A DNA stretch of 63,819 nucleotides from Octopus bimaculoides. Lineage: Eukaryota. The stretch spans positions 67,116,556-67,180,374 of the forward strand of contig NC_068988.1 of the NCBI RefSeq assembly GCF_001194135.2, written 5' to 3'. Under the pieces are notes generated by a model. That model saw only the letters and a program-made list of their open reading frames with translations. It did no database searches and was not told the DNA's origin. The translations under genes and the position numbers were made by a program. Numbering within the stretch: the first letter of the stretch is position 1; the number at the start of each line of letters is the position of its first letter. Below are positions 52,417-63,819 of the stretch, piece by piece.

Positions 52417-53130
52417 ATTTCAAATTATGGCACAAGGCCAGCAATTTCCTGTGGTGGTGTGGAGAAGTCAATTGCATTGATACCAGTGTTCAAGTGGCAT
52501 TTTTTTCATGGATGCCGACAGGATGAAAGGCAAAGTCGACTCTGTGGAATTTTAACTCGAAGCGTAAAGACGGACAGAATACCGCTAAGCATTTTGCCTG
52601 GCGTGATAACAATTCTGCCAGTTCACCGCTTTAAATAGGATATGAATATCATTAACTGATGTAAAGCGGTGAGCTTGCAGAATCGTTAGCACGCCGGAAA
52701 AAATGCTTAGCGGCTCTACGTCCGCCTTTACGTTCTGAGTTCAAATTCGGCGGACGTCGACTTTGCCTTTCATCCTTTCACTGTAGATAAAGTAAGTGCC
52801 AGTTGAGCACTGGGGTCGATTGAATCGACTTGGCCTCTTCCACATAATCGCTGGCCTTTGAACATTGGGGTCAATATAGTCGACTAATCCCATACACCGA
52901 AACCACGGGCTTTGTGTCAAAATTTGAAATCAATATTATTAACTGATTTCGGACGGCGAGCTGGAAGGATCTTTAGCAGTCTTTCGTCCGTCTTTACGTC
53001 CTGAGTTCCAAATCCTTCCGGGTCATCAATTCCTAGGTCTTTAAACTAAGTACCAGGTGAGCACTGGGTCGATGAAATCGACTTACACCAACCAGAAACT
53101 GCAGGCCTTATTCCAAAAATTTGAAACCAA
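52417..53130. mobile_element. Cluster of three related SINEs: one minus copy, then two plus copies
   Basis: Minus copy at 52417-52633, plus copy starting taaagcggtgagcttgcagaatcgttagc at 52662, and a deleted plus copy starting ggcgagctggaagg near 52955. Confidence 0.85.
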
Positions 53131-54299
53131 TATTAGCTGATGCTATTAATTTTAGCCGTGTGGTAAATGTATGGTCACGCCGTCACCAAAATATACCAAC
53201 AACATGCCAATATCATCACATTATTGTGAAGGTGAATATTAACCGAAAAAAACGTTTTACACCGTTAACGGAGTTGGGGATAAGTTAACGTTCACACACT
53301 CATACACACACACACACACACACAAACGTAGATGCACATAATTTTACAGAACACGCATATATTACATCTGTATAAATTATTCAGCACTGGATCATAGTTC
53401 TCAGTTAATGTCAGTACTAGAATATTGTAAAATTAATATTGGGTAGTAGAACCGCGAAGGTTGACAAGGAATAGTATATAGTTCTTCTAAAATATCTATA
53501 TAAATATTTCCACAATGATTTCTCGTCGCGTTAATTCATCACTCGATCACCTGTATTTCAGAGATGAAAGATAGAAGCCTAATTTGCTATTTCGAATGAA
53601 AAGATAATCCTAAGAAGACATATAAATCGCCATGTAAGAAGTTTATCATTTTAAGTCATGCTTTATATTACATTAACTTTCCTTTTTTAACAGCATCTTA
53701 CAAGTTACCGGATTTAGATTGGCTGTCTAGCTGGTTTGCAATCGTTTTCTTTCTTTTTAAATATGGCTTTCAGATAATTCTCTGAAATCTTCAGATTTTA
53801 TGTTTGATTCATAACTACTAATCGTAATTACATGAAAGGTTTCTTAATTTTTCTATTGAAGATATTACAATCAGTTTTTAATCTCTGAGCGAGAAATATG
53901 TAGTAGCAGTACCAAACTTTGAAGTCTATATGCCAATACAATCTGGCAGGAGGATGTTACTATTTTTATCCCCAGATGTTTTCCTGGGGCTAAAAGGTAA
54001 TGAAATCGTCTTCTTTGGGACTCCCACATTGTGTTGGCAAATAGACTTAACAATCAACCTGTATCAACAACAAAAGAGTCTTATTTTACATTCTAGTGGT
54101 TTGATATATATAGTTATAGTCCAGGTGAATTTTTAAGAGATATGGAGTAATTATAGTGTCCACTGCCTACATGTTGAGTGAGTGAAACCTCTGCGCGAAT
54201 AATTTCAAGTACAACCGTTTTTTCAATCATTGTAGTTGGAAATATCACCTTACTGTACGTTAAGATTTACCCATTGATATTTCGTAATTATTCAAAATA

Positions 54300-54845
54300 A
54301 ACTTAAGACAGGATAATGAAACTTGGCACATACGTTTTAATGTAAATTGACAATCTACTGTAGTAATTATGTATAAAAATGACCACCCTTTGCCTTGATC
54401 ATAGCCTGCATGAGCACCGTATTATCTCTTCATCCATTTAGCCCAATGGACACAGAAGAACTTTCTTCAGATCTGACATATTTGAATGGGATCGAGCAGA
54501 AACATTACTCTCTAAGATGGACTAGATAACAAAGTACATTGGATTGATGACTGGTTTTGAGAGAGGTCATACCGTTTTGTCTCCAAAACCGCTGAAATGC
54601 TTTTTGATCACGTCTTTGTTAAATTGGATGTGTGGGCTGGAGTCTCGTCTTGTGCCAAGATGTAACGGTCACCAAAGGTTTCTATGACCAGGGTAACACT
54701 TTCTCATCCAACATTTACATATAAATTTCACTGTTGACTTGGACGCCTGCATCGATGAAGATCAAGGGAGACTTGGGCACATAAATGCAACTGTGGCCCA
54801 CGCCATTACGCTTCTGGCAGTGTAAATGCTTCCTGATATCTTCGG
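54300..54845 (-). mobile_element. maT/DD37D-like Tc1/mariner transposase remnant
   Basis: The reverse complement reads SPLIFIDAGVQVNSEIYM*MLDEKVLPW, ETFGDRYILAQDETPAHTS, NPMYFVI*SILE and MIKAKGGHF. Confidence 0.75.
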
Positions 54846-55990
54846 GCCAGTCAGCTAACTAGATATGGGTCACTCCAAACCAAAACGGGACACAGACAGA
54901 CTGTACGTACCAAGAAAAAGAGGGAGAAGAGGACTTATTGGATGCGAACACAGCATAAGAGCAGAAGAAAATAACATAGCATGCTATGGAAAAAGTGCCA
55001 CAGAACCGCTATTATTAGGAGAAAGTCAGGCTTGGGTAGGATGAAAGATTGCAACGATAAAGCACTATACAAGAAATTGAAAACGAATGAAACTGAAAAT
55101 AAGTGGGTAAAGAAACGAATGCATGGTTAATTTCATAGGGATGTTGAAGATAAGACAGACGGAGAAAAAATGGCTGTGGATGACTAAAAGTGATTTAAAA
55201 CCGGAAACGGAGAATCTGTGCTGCCTAAGAGCAAGCACTAAGAACAAACTACATAAAATACAGAGTAGACAGCACAGCAGAAAGTGATAAGTGCAGAATC
55301 TGTGGATAAAACGGTGAAACCGTATGGTATATTACCAGCCAATGTACGCCACTAGCCCAGAAAGAATATAAGAGACGCCACGACAATATAGCCAGGCGTG
55401 TCCATTGGATACTTTGCAACAAGAGCAAAAGATCGGTACGACCACAAACCTGAAGGCATCGTCGAAAATAGGAATGTAAACATCCTATGGGACTTTATGA
55501 TTCAGTGCAACCATGAGATAGAGAATAGGAAGCCAGACATAGACTTAATTGAGAAGAAAACAAACTATGCTGGGTCATAGATACAGCATGCCCAACTGAT
55601 AACAAGGTATGCAATAAGAAAGCAAGAAAAGTCGTGAGATATGACAGTTGTGTTATTTCTTTACTACCCACAAGGGGCTACACACAGAGGGGACAAACAA
55701 AGACAGGCAAACGGATTGAGTCGATTATATCGACCCCAGTGCGTAACTGGTACTTATTTAATCGACCCCTGAAAGGATGAAAGGCAAAGTCCACCTCGGC
55801 GGAATTTGAACTCAGAACGTAGCGGCAGACGAAATACCGCTAAGCATTTCGCCCGGCGTGCTAACGTTTCTACCAGTTGTGGTCGATGAAAAATATAGCA
55901 GTAATACCAATAATTGTCAGAGCCCTGGAAACAGTGAGCAAAAATCTCACTATTTTGCTTGCAATAACCGGTTTTTGTTCAAGTTATTGT
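54846..55990 (+). mobile_element. R4/Dong-type non-LTR retrotransposon 3' part (zinc knuckle and REL endonuclease), interrupted by a SINE
   Basis: Reads DTDRLYVPRKEG, RMHG*FHRD, KSDLKPET, EQALRTNYIKY, DKCRICG*NGETVWYITSQCTPLAQKEYKRRHDN, ILWDFMIQCNHEIENRKPDI, then QLWSMKNIAVIPIIVRALETVSKNL after the insertion. Confidence 0.92.
55653..55876 (-). mobile_element. Well-preserved, slightly 5'-truncated SINE with 8-bp flanking direct repeat
   Basis: cagttgtg at 55645-55652 and again at 55874-55881. The body matches the other copies of this family. Confidence 0.9.
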
Positions 55991-56224
55991 ATCTCCAGCT
56001 GCTTCTTCCNNNNNNNNNNNNNNNNNNNNNNNNNNNNNNNNNNNNNNNNNNNNNNNNNNNNNNNNNNNNNNNNNNNNNNNNNNNNNNNNNNNNNNNNNNN
56101 NNNNNNNNNNNNNNNNNNNNNNNNNNNNNNNNNNNNNNNNNNNNNNNNNNNNNNNNNNNNNNNNNNNNNNNNNNNNNNNNNNNNNNNNNTATATATATAT
56201 ACACATATATATATATACACATAT

Positions 56225-56382
56225 ATACCGCGGAGTTCTTTCAGATTCCGTCTAAACAATTCACTCATAAGGTTTTGGTTGGCCCGAGGCTATAGTAGGA
56301 GACACCCAATGTGAAACGCAGTGGAATTGAACCCGGAACCATGCAGTTGAGAAACTAGCTTCGTACCTCACGGTCACGCCTA
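56225..56382 (-). mobile_element. tRNA-derived SINE head
   Basis: ttcagattccgtctaaacaattcactcataagg...ggcccgaggctatagtag...gaacccggaaccatg is homologous to 29085-29236. Confidence 0.75.
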
Positions 56383-56847
56383 TAAAACACAAACTGTAAA
56401 AGAACTGGCAACTTGTGAGTGATTCATTTGTAATTGTAGCTTGTATAAAAGAGCGAGGTTTTTAATGATCATGTCTATAAGGCGGTGAGTTGAGTAAGAA
56501 TAGAGAGGCAAAATCAAAAAGATAAAAATGTTTGAGATTTTTATATGGATAAAGGCTAACGAGTAACAACACCAGAGTTAGTAAAACCTGAACTGAATAA
56601 CGCTTCTTTGGTGGTAACGTAAAGATTGAGATGTTTTGGAGGTATACTGAATTGTTTTTAGTTATACAAGACCAGTACGCGTTGCCATTGTAATTCATGC
56701 ACCAAAATCACCATAAAATCTATATATATAGCTAACACTAGCTTTAAAAATGATTTAACTAAAACTAACGAAATGACTAACATTAGAACAATGCATTGAA
56801 ATTAAGAAAGTTTTAGCTACGAAGCGTTCACAACAAAAACATATATA

Positions 56848-57220
56848 AACAAGAGCACTCAAACAGCTCAAACCTCCGCCAAAGCAACACCAACGTCCTC
56901 TCAATCATTAGCCAGAGATGATTTTCAAAATGAGAATATTTGAAATAAACTCAACGGCTCTCACAAGGACAAGGAGAATACTAGAAATGAACCCGACCAC
57001 TCTCAAATATTAAGTAGAAACACAGGAAAAATAATGCAGAATCATTGTTCGGTACCAAATCGATTCCAATATCTAATCGGTTCGTGCCAGTCACGAGGCC
57101 AAACATCCCTGAAAGTTTCATCCGAATCGATCCAGCTGTTCTTGAGATATCTTGTCCATTGACAAACAAACAAACACGACTGAAAAACTGTACCTCTGCC
57201 TTTGCAGAAGACGCAGAAAT
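56848..57220 (+). mobile_element. Helentron-associated (HINE/DINE-1-like) non-autonomous element
   Basis: 5' aacctccgcc sub-terminal motif, a (CAAA)n tract near the 3' end, a second acctctgcc motif and a terminal tctgc/gcaga hairpin. No ORF. The class is inferred from the architecture. Confidence 0.45.
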
Positions 57221-58362
57221 GATAAAGAAATACATCAAATATAGACATCCTCTCGTCCGCAACCTATCGGAAACATTTCTGGTTTCGCCATGTAGGCTGT
57301 ATCAGTTAGTCTGGTAGTGTAATAGCGTCAAAAATATAAATAATGTTAGGAAATAACAGACATAAAGGAGGGGCGGAATATTAGCTTAATATGTTGAGAT
57401 TACTCCTGCTTAAGGTTAGAAAGTACAAAAATGAACGAACAAAGCGTTACCAAACATACTTCACAAACCGTCATAAAGCTTCAGCTATTAGGCACACAAC
57501 TTAAATAAACGAAAGAGAATAAACTAAAACGGATATTGCAGCATAAACAACTCGGAGACTTGAGCTATAAAACATAAAAACAAATTAGACATACTAAGCT
57601 GATGATACTAAGTATAAAGCCCAATAAAATTTGCCAAACACATAACAAAATTGAATATGGAAAACTATAACCAAAACTTTCATTCAAAAACAAACAAAAC
57701 CAAACAGAAAAGAAAATGATATTAAGCGAATGTACTCTCAGAGAACTGTAGCTATTAAATATGTAAATTAAATTACCAAAACGGTTATTGTCACCTAAAG
57801 AATTATAAAATGCATATAAAGGCACCTAAATATTCCGAAACAGTTCATCACGTAAGCAACAACAGACTTCCACGTGGTACCAGGCGTTTGAAATGAGACT
57901 AAGTTGCGCCTGACAGCATGTTTACACAAATTTGTTGAATAAGCAGTTAGTGAAAATGGATTTCATACTAGATTCGACTCAACGTTGAGTATCGAATTGC
58001 CTCATCAATAATTTTTCAAATCACCCTTGAAAAACGAAATTGGCATTCACACTTGCACATAGAAATATACACATACGCACATACATATATACACATATAT
58101 ATGTATGTGTATGAGGCTGTGTGTACGTGTGCATAGTATGAAAGTGTGTGTAGTATGTATGTGTGTGATTATATATGTATGTGTATATATTTTTGGGCAA
58201 CCGATGTGCACAGTAAGGAAAATCGGAGATCTTTTTCATCAAGATATATAGACGAAAAATATTTTTAAATAGTTGATATTCCCACCGGCGTACGAATGAG
58301 AATTCTAATTTTCCACTAAGGGTTACTAAGTATATGCGATTGAACAGACGAGAGTGAGTGAG

Positions 58363-58371
58363 GAGAGAGAG

Positions 58372-58442
<71 letters not shown>
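58363..58442. repeat. (GA)n microsatellite
   Basis: Tandem ga units. This explains the SLSLSL ORF. Confidence 0.97.
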
Positions 58443-58445
<3 letters not shown>

Positions 58446-59539
58446 GAGAGAGGGAGATAGTGAGCACGTTAAAGTAAGAGGAATTGTAGAACGGTAGTAG
58501 CTGAAATTCAGAGAAAAAGGTGTTTTATAAGTATGAAAATATCTTAGGAAAGCAGTGTTTATATTTTACTTCCTAACATAATTACTATGCAACTAAAGAA
58601 AATGTTTTTCAAACAGTTTCGAGGCCGACGGTGGCCGGGTGAGTAGAGCATATGTTTCGGTTATTTTTATTGACTTCAAATCAAGCCAAAGCTAAAAATG
58701 CCTTTCATTCATCCTGGAGCAATACATAAAGCACTGGCGTAGCGGTGTCTTTCAAGTCACTGTCACCTGTTTCCAGGTTCGGCCCCACTGTAAGGAAACT
58801 GAAAGAAGTACATCGTATATATGTAATAAGCGTGTGTCTTTAAGCTTGACCCCAACCACTACTCGGTAACTCGAGTTCGTTTATCTGTTCGTTTAGAGCT
58901 TTCAAATTTGTATCATTACGTGACTGCAGTCCAATGACTAAAACAAATAAAAGGTACATAATAATAGCATCAGTGATGAACTTGGGCTTGATTCATCTCT
59001 TTCCCTCGGAATTCATAGCGTATTCGTTTCTCAGAATTCGAAGAAACTTAATTAGTTAGCGAGCAATCTTCCTTCATAGAAAAAAAAAAAGCTGTGACAG
59101 AACTAGAACAATCCAAGAAGGAGGGGACTGATGTGTATAATAACATAGAATATTAATAGAAAAAGAAGAAATAGAAATTCAGCTCTCCACATAGTAATGC
59201 ATGTGCTACGATGCTCACGACAATTTGGAACAAAGGATATGGCCTGGAAGTTAATAGATAAACATTAATTATAGGCATTAGAAATACGATAAGAATATTT
59301 AACGTTGCATGAAATGCACGCTTCAACAGTTTTATTTGATTTACTCTGTGTATATGTGCATATGCAATATACGTATTGGTCAGATATATATTATTGCATT
59401 TACATTTATCATTTTCTATAACATATTTATTGAGTAGTTTGAAATTTGAATTATGTTCATATTGCGCACAGTCTGGTATTTCATCGTAACAAATGTGTGT
59501 GTGTATGTATAAACACAGACATAACACACATAAATATTT

Positions 59540-59558
59540 AAACACACACACATATATA

Positions 59559-59625
<67 letters not shown>

Positions 59626-59697
59626 TATTCAATATGTATATAAGTATATATATGTACACACACATATATATATGTGCGTACATATTAATATATTCAA

Positions 59698-59729
<32 letters not shown>

Positions 59730-59730
59730 C

Positions 59731-59761
<31 letters not shown>

Positions 59762-59922
59762 CATATACACACATATATATATATGTATATACATATATAC
59801 ATGTATATATATGTATCTACATATATATACATATATATACATAAATAATATATATATACATATATATATACGTATTTATATACATACATATATATATGTT
59901 TATATATGTATAAATATATATA
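59540..59922. repeat. Compound (TA)n/(TACA)n low-complexity tract
   Basis: About 380 bp of alternating TA with occasional C or G, ending at a gap. Confidence 0.95.
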
Positions 59923-62081
59923 NNNNNNNNNNNNNNNNNNNNNNNNNNNNNNNNNATATATATTCAGAATATATAAATATGTATATGCATTATATAACGT
60001 ATATAACTATATACCTATGTCAAACACACACACACACATACACACACACATACACACACACACACACAAACGCATTTTAAATGATTATAATAGTCCAAAT
60101 CTCACTTTCGCCCCTAAACACTGGTAACAACGCCATTTGTGTTATTCTATGTAATATTCAGGTATACTATCTAAGGCTGACACTCTTAATGTCTAATTCT
60201 TGACGTTTGCTGCGTGAAATTCTAATTCTATGTGCGTATCATATCTTTACATGAAGGTGATTTTCGTTGTCACATTCATTTTACCTTGTATTATAACAAT
60301 ACTTTCTTAGTAATCTAAGTGTTTGTACAATTAGAACTGTTTGATGCTGGGCCCATTTGACGAATTGTTATAATAAACTAATTAAAAGTGACAAAATTGG
60401 TGTCTGCCATTTAATTATAAACAATGGAGTAAATTCAAGTTCTGAGATGCCATATTTATCATTGCTGATTCAAGCCCGTGATGATTTTTGTTGAAGCAAG
60501 TTTGAATTGAAAAGTAAATCAAATACTGATTGTTGCACATTACGCGTCAGAGGAACATGGAATGCGCCTTCGATGGTTAAATATAAAATCACTGTCAGTG
60601 CTCTGGTTATTATAAACGGAATGTTCTTGACTTTAGTTAGTTAAGCTACATTGTATACGGCATAAGTCAAATAATGCTGGGTGGTTTTCCTCTATTCTGC
60701 ATGTCTTATTTGCTCAAAATTATTGGCACTTTTCTTATACACATTGTGTTGTCTACTGTAAAGCACATGATTTGTCACGACGCGAAGTGCTAATATATTT
60801 CGCTTTATAATCTGAAACTAGGAGACTGTCTAGGTAATATCGATTTATATCTAAAGTTTCTTTATTCAATAAAATCTAAAGTGAGCTTCTAAACTTTTCA
60901 GCCGTGTTTTACAAGTCAGATAAAATCTATTATTAACCAATGCACATTTATGAATGCTATCACTAATTTGTTGAACTTTGTACCTACACTCTGAATTACA
61001 TTGAAGTTTATTCAATGCAATGGTGAGAAACTTATTTTACAAGTTACATGCTGCATCAATAACTTGGCTAAAATTTATAGTTTTAACTATTTCCCAAACA
61101 GTAATTTATCTAAATATTAAATTATAATTTGGTTATAATTGGGATACGAAATTTTATTCTCATATTATCATATCCCCAGAGAAAAATGTACAGAATAACA
61201 ATCACCACAAGTAGTTATTAATATTTAATCAAGCCTCTCAAAACTCAAAGTATATTAATTTAAAACACTGTTATATATCAGTGGTTTTGACGCAAATTGA
61301 TGTCATTCTTGTAAGATGGCTGATTTATCTCCACCTCACATATACGAATATGATAATAAGTTACACGAATACAAAAAGAAAAAATGGGTGATTATCTATG
61401 ATTGTGAATTTCTATTATATACAGACATATCGCAATGAACATACAAATTCTCATTCAAACTATGTTCACAGCATATGCATCATTCTCAATAGCCTCAATT
61501 CACTAATGGTTTAAACATTCCGCAGTGGATCCACTTTCAATACTTTTAGTGTTGTATTTGGATAAGTAATGTATCGTCTTACTTAAAACTTGATATATAT
61601 GTTAGGCTATGTGTATTTGTATGTTCTTGCGTGTACATACACAACACACACACACGCACACACAAATACATACTGTGTAAACGGAAAGAACTAAAAAAAA
61701 TCAATCAAGAATTACATGTAAAGTAATGTACATACATGTGTATAAATATATATNNNNNNNNNNNNNNNNNNNNNNNNNNNNNNNNNNNNNNNNNNNNNNN
61801 NNNNNNNNNNNNNNNNNNNNNNNNNNNNNNNNNNNNNNNNNNNNNNNNNNNNNNNNNNNNNNNNNNNNNNNNNNNNNNNNNNNNNNNNNNNNNNNNNNNN
61901 NNNNNNNNNNNNNNNNNNNNNNNNNNNNNNNNNNNNNNNNNNNNNNNNNNNNNNNNNNNNNNNNNNNNNNNNNNNNNNNNNNNNNNNNNNNNNNNNNNNN
62001 NNNNNNNNNNNNNNNNNNNNNNNNNNNNNNNNNNNNNNNNNNNNNNNNNNNNNNNNNNNNNNNNNNNNNNNNNNNNNNNNN

Positions 62082-62146
<65 letters not shown>

Positions 62147-63493
62147 AAACGAAAAGCATTACCAGACATTTACCGAGCAGCACGATGACTAATTTTACTC
62201 AATAACAATATGGCGCTCATTGATGCTTGTCCGACTGAGGTTGGCGGCAAATATTTTGCACGACATCTGATAATTATTACGTGCCATTGTGCATCACCGT
62301 GTAATGATGGATTGTAATTTTTGTTGACAAATTCAAGCAGCGTACCTGCTTCACATTTGTCCGAAGCTTAAAGTGACCTTGAAATTAATTCCTTAAGTTA
62401 AGTAAGCATTCCTTTAATCAAATGCCGGGTTTTCGAGTGGAACACGTATTTCAAGTGTCAGCTGGAGATAATGATCGAGTGTCAGCTGGAGATAGTCGAG
62501 TGTCAGATTGAGACAATGATCGTTCAGAGCCATAAATCACAGGCAAAACTCGTAAAAATATTTAATGGAAACCGTTGCCGAACACTTATTCAGATCTCTC
62601 ACGTGTTTGAAATGAGGTTATGAAAGTCCTCCAGGAGAGAATCATCCAAAACCTTGCTCAGCATCGATTTAATCTGAAATTAATCATACCTAGCTTCGTA
62701 GCGTGTGATGTCAATGTGTTTTCTCTCTCCAGATGAATTGGAAGGTGAAAGTGTACAACTTTTGGATGGTAAATGAAAGTAAAAAGGAACCACAATTAAT
62801 ATTGGATGGTCTTCAGGAATAGAACTTAGGTGTTTTCTGAACTGTCGAATACAGGATGGGATAGCTGTGTACGTTATTACAATATGTTGTCTGAAAATAA
62901 ATAATACACACAATGTTTTAGTTCTTGGGCTCTGGTTGTGCACATCTTTTATATCTGATCTGAGCACTTTTGGGTAAAAACTCGTATATTAATGTTTAGT
63001 ATGCTTCAATATCGTTCACGACTTCAAAATATCTACTCTATTGGTCATTCAGAGACAATAGTAGGAACTGCGTGACCTACAAGTAATTGCAAAGCAAAAT
63101 TCATAAACATAGAATTGAGTTGTCGTACCCTAACAGAGTGGTCAAGAAGTTCGTTTCATAATTATGAGGGTCCAGCTATCACAATGCAGTACATTCGGTT
63201 TTTATCATTTCCTTGGGCTATTCCAAATCCTGTGCCCAAATATATATATATCATCAAGTGGAATATAATTGTAATTCCAAAGATTAGCCGTTGTTTTGTA
63301 ATTCGTCACGCTGGTTCGTTCCGACCGTGGTTATAAGCGTAGGCATGTGTGTGTGCGTGCATGTAAAACTTCGCTACGTATCTACAATTTTCTTTTTTCT
63401 CTTTAAGTAATTGAATAAAAGATCCAGTTGATAGAAGAGCTGAACTCTGATTGTCGGAAGTTGCAGAGAAGCTATGAAGCAATCAATCCATCC

Positions 63494-63494
<1 letters not shown>

Positions 63495-63552
<58 letters not shown>
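63495..63552. repeat. (TATC)n microsatellite abutting the L1/Tx1 fragment
   Basis: Tandem tatc units read directly from the sequence. Confidence 0.95.
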
Positions 63553-63556
63553 CGTC

Positions 63557-63819
63557 TACGAGCTGTATTGTCAAATGCCAGACTTGTTTGGCGACCTCTT
63601 GGCATCAGTCTACTGCAACTGGCAACAAAACGGGAGAATTCCCGGTTTCGTGAACCAAGGTGCAGTGACATTGCTGAAGAAAGACCCAAACAAGGGGAAT
63701 TTTATAGATAATTTCAGGCCCATCACTCTGCTCAACGCAGATTTGAGAATTTTGGCCAAAGTAATAGCCGAGAGGTTGGCGCTTGTCATCGATAAACTGG
63801 TCGACAGGGCGCAAACATG
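63557..63819 (+). mobile_element. L1/Tx1-clade LINE reverse transcriptase, 5'-truncated and running off the window
   Basis: An uninterrupted frame reads YELYCQMPDLFGDLLASVYCNWQQNGRIP...VTLLKKDP...DNFRPITLLNADLRILAKVIAERL, the RPISLLN.D.KILAK..A.RL motif. Confidence 0.92.

Noticed and set aside
4826-60127. ORFs made of CVCV, HTHT, YIYI, MDGW or SLSL repeats
   Set aside because: They are translations of (CA)n, (TA)n, (TACA)n, (ATCC)n and (GA)n microsatellites.
769-62205. Long ORFs containing X runs (for example 940-1920, 39503-40573, 44937-46161)
   Set aside because: They are open only because N-gaps contain no stop codons, so they are not evidence of coding sequence.

Overview
AT-rich eukaryotic DNA packed with microsatellites, from a fragmented draft assembly with about 17 N-gaps, most of them next to simple repeats. 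The repeat families resemble those I recall from coleoid cephalopods, most likely Octopus; this is an inference. The only host gene I can support is a natriuretic-peptide-receptor-like (receptor guanylyl cyclase family) gene on the minus strand. It shows three consecutive, phase-compatible exons: 30779-30870, 21916-22054 and 17028-17112. They encode the end of the extracellular domain, the juxtamembrane Cys pair and the transmembrane helix. I could not find the neighbouring exons, so they lie in gaps or outside the window. The rest looks like intronic DNA full of decayed mobile elements: Tc1/mariner-type transposons, RTE, CR1/L2, R4-type REL and L1/Tx1 LINEs, Penelope-like fragments, several tRNA-derived SINE families, a HINE-like element and a possible solo LTR. 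The most notable extra signals are: a set of minimal hammerhead-ribozyme motifs, all antisense to the host gene; a near-perfect 63-bp inverted repeat built from one of these elements; an orphan antisense exon candidate; and a 3' tail shared by a SINE and a probable LINE end. I see no CRISPR array, rRNA or real tRNA gene. Most ORFs in the supplied track are gap or microsatellite artefacts. Repeat family names come from motif recognition and memory, not from database searches, and repeat boundaries are approximate. I did not find a demonstrably new biological system; the findings are testable leads.
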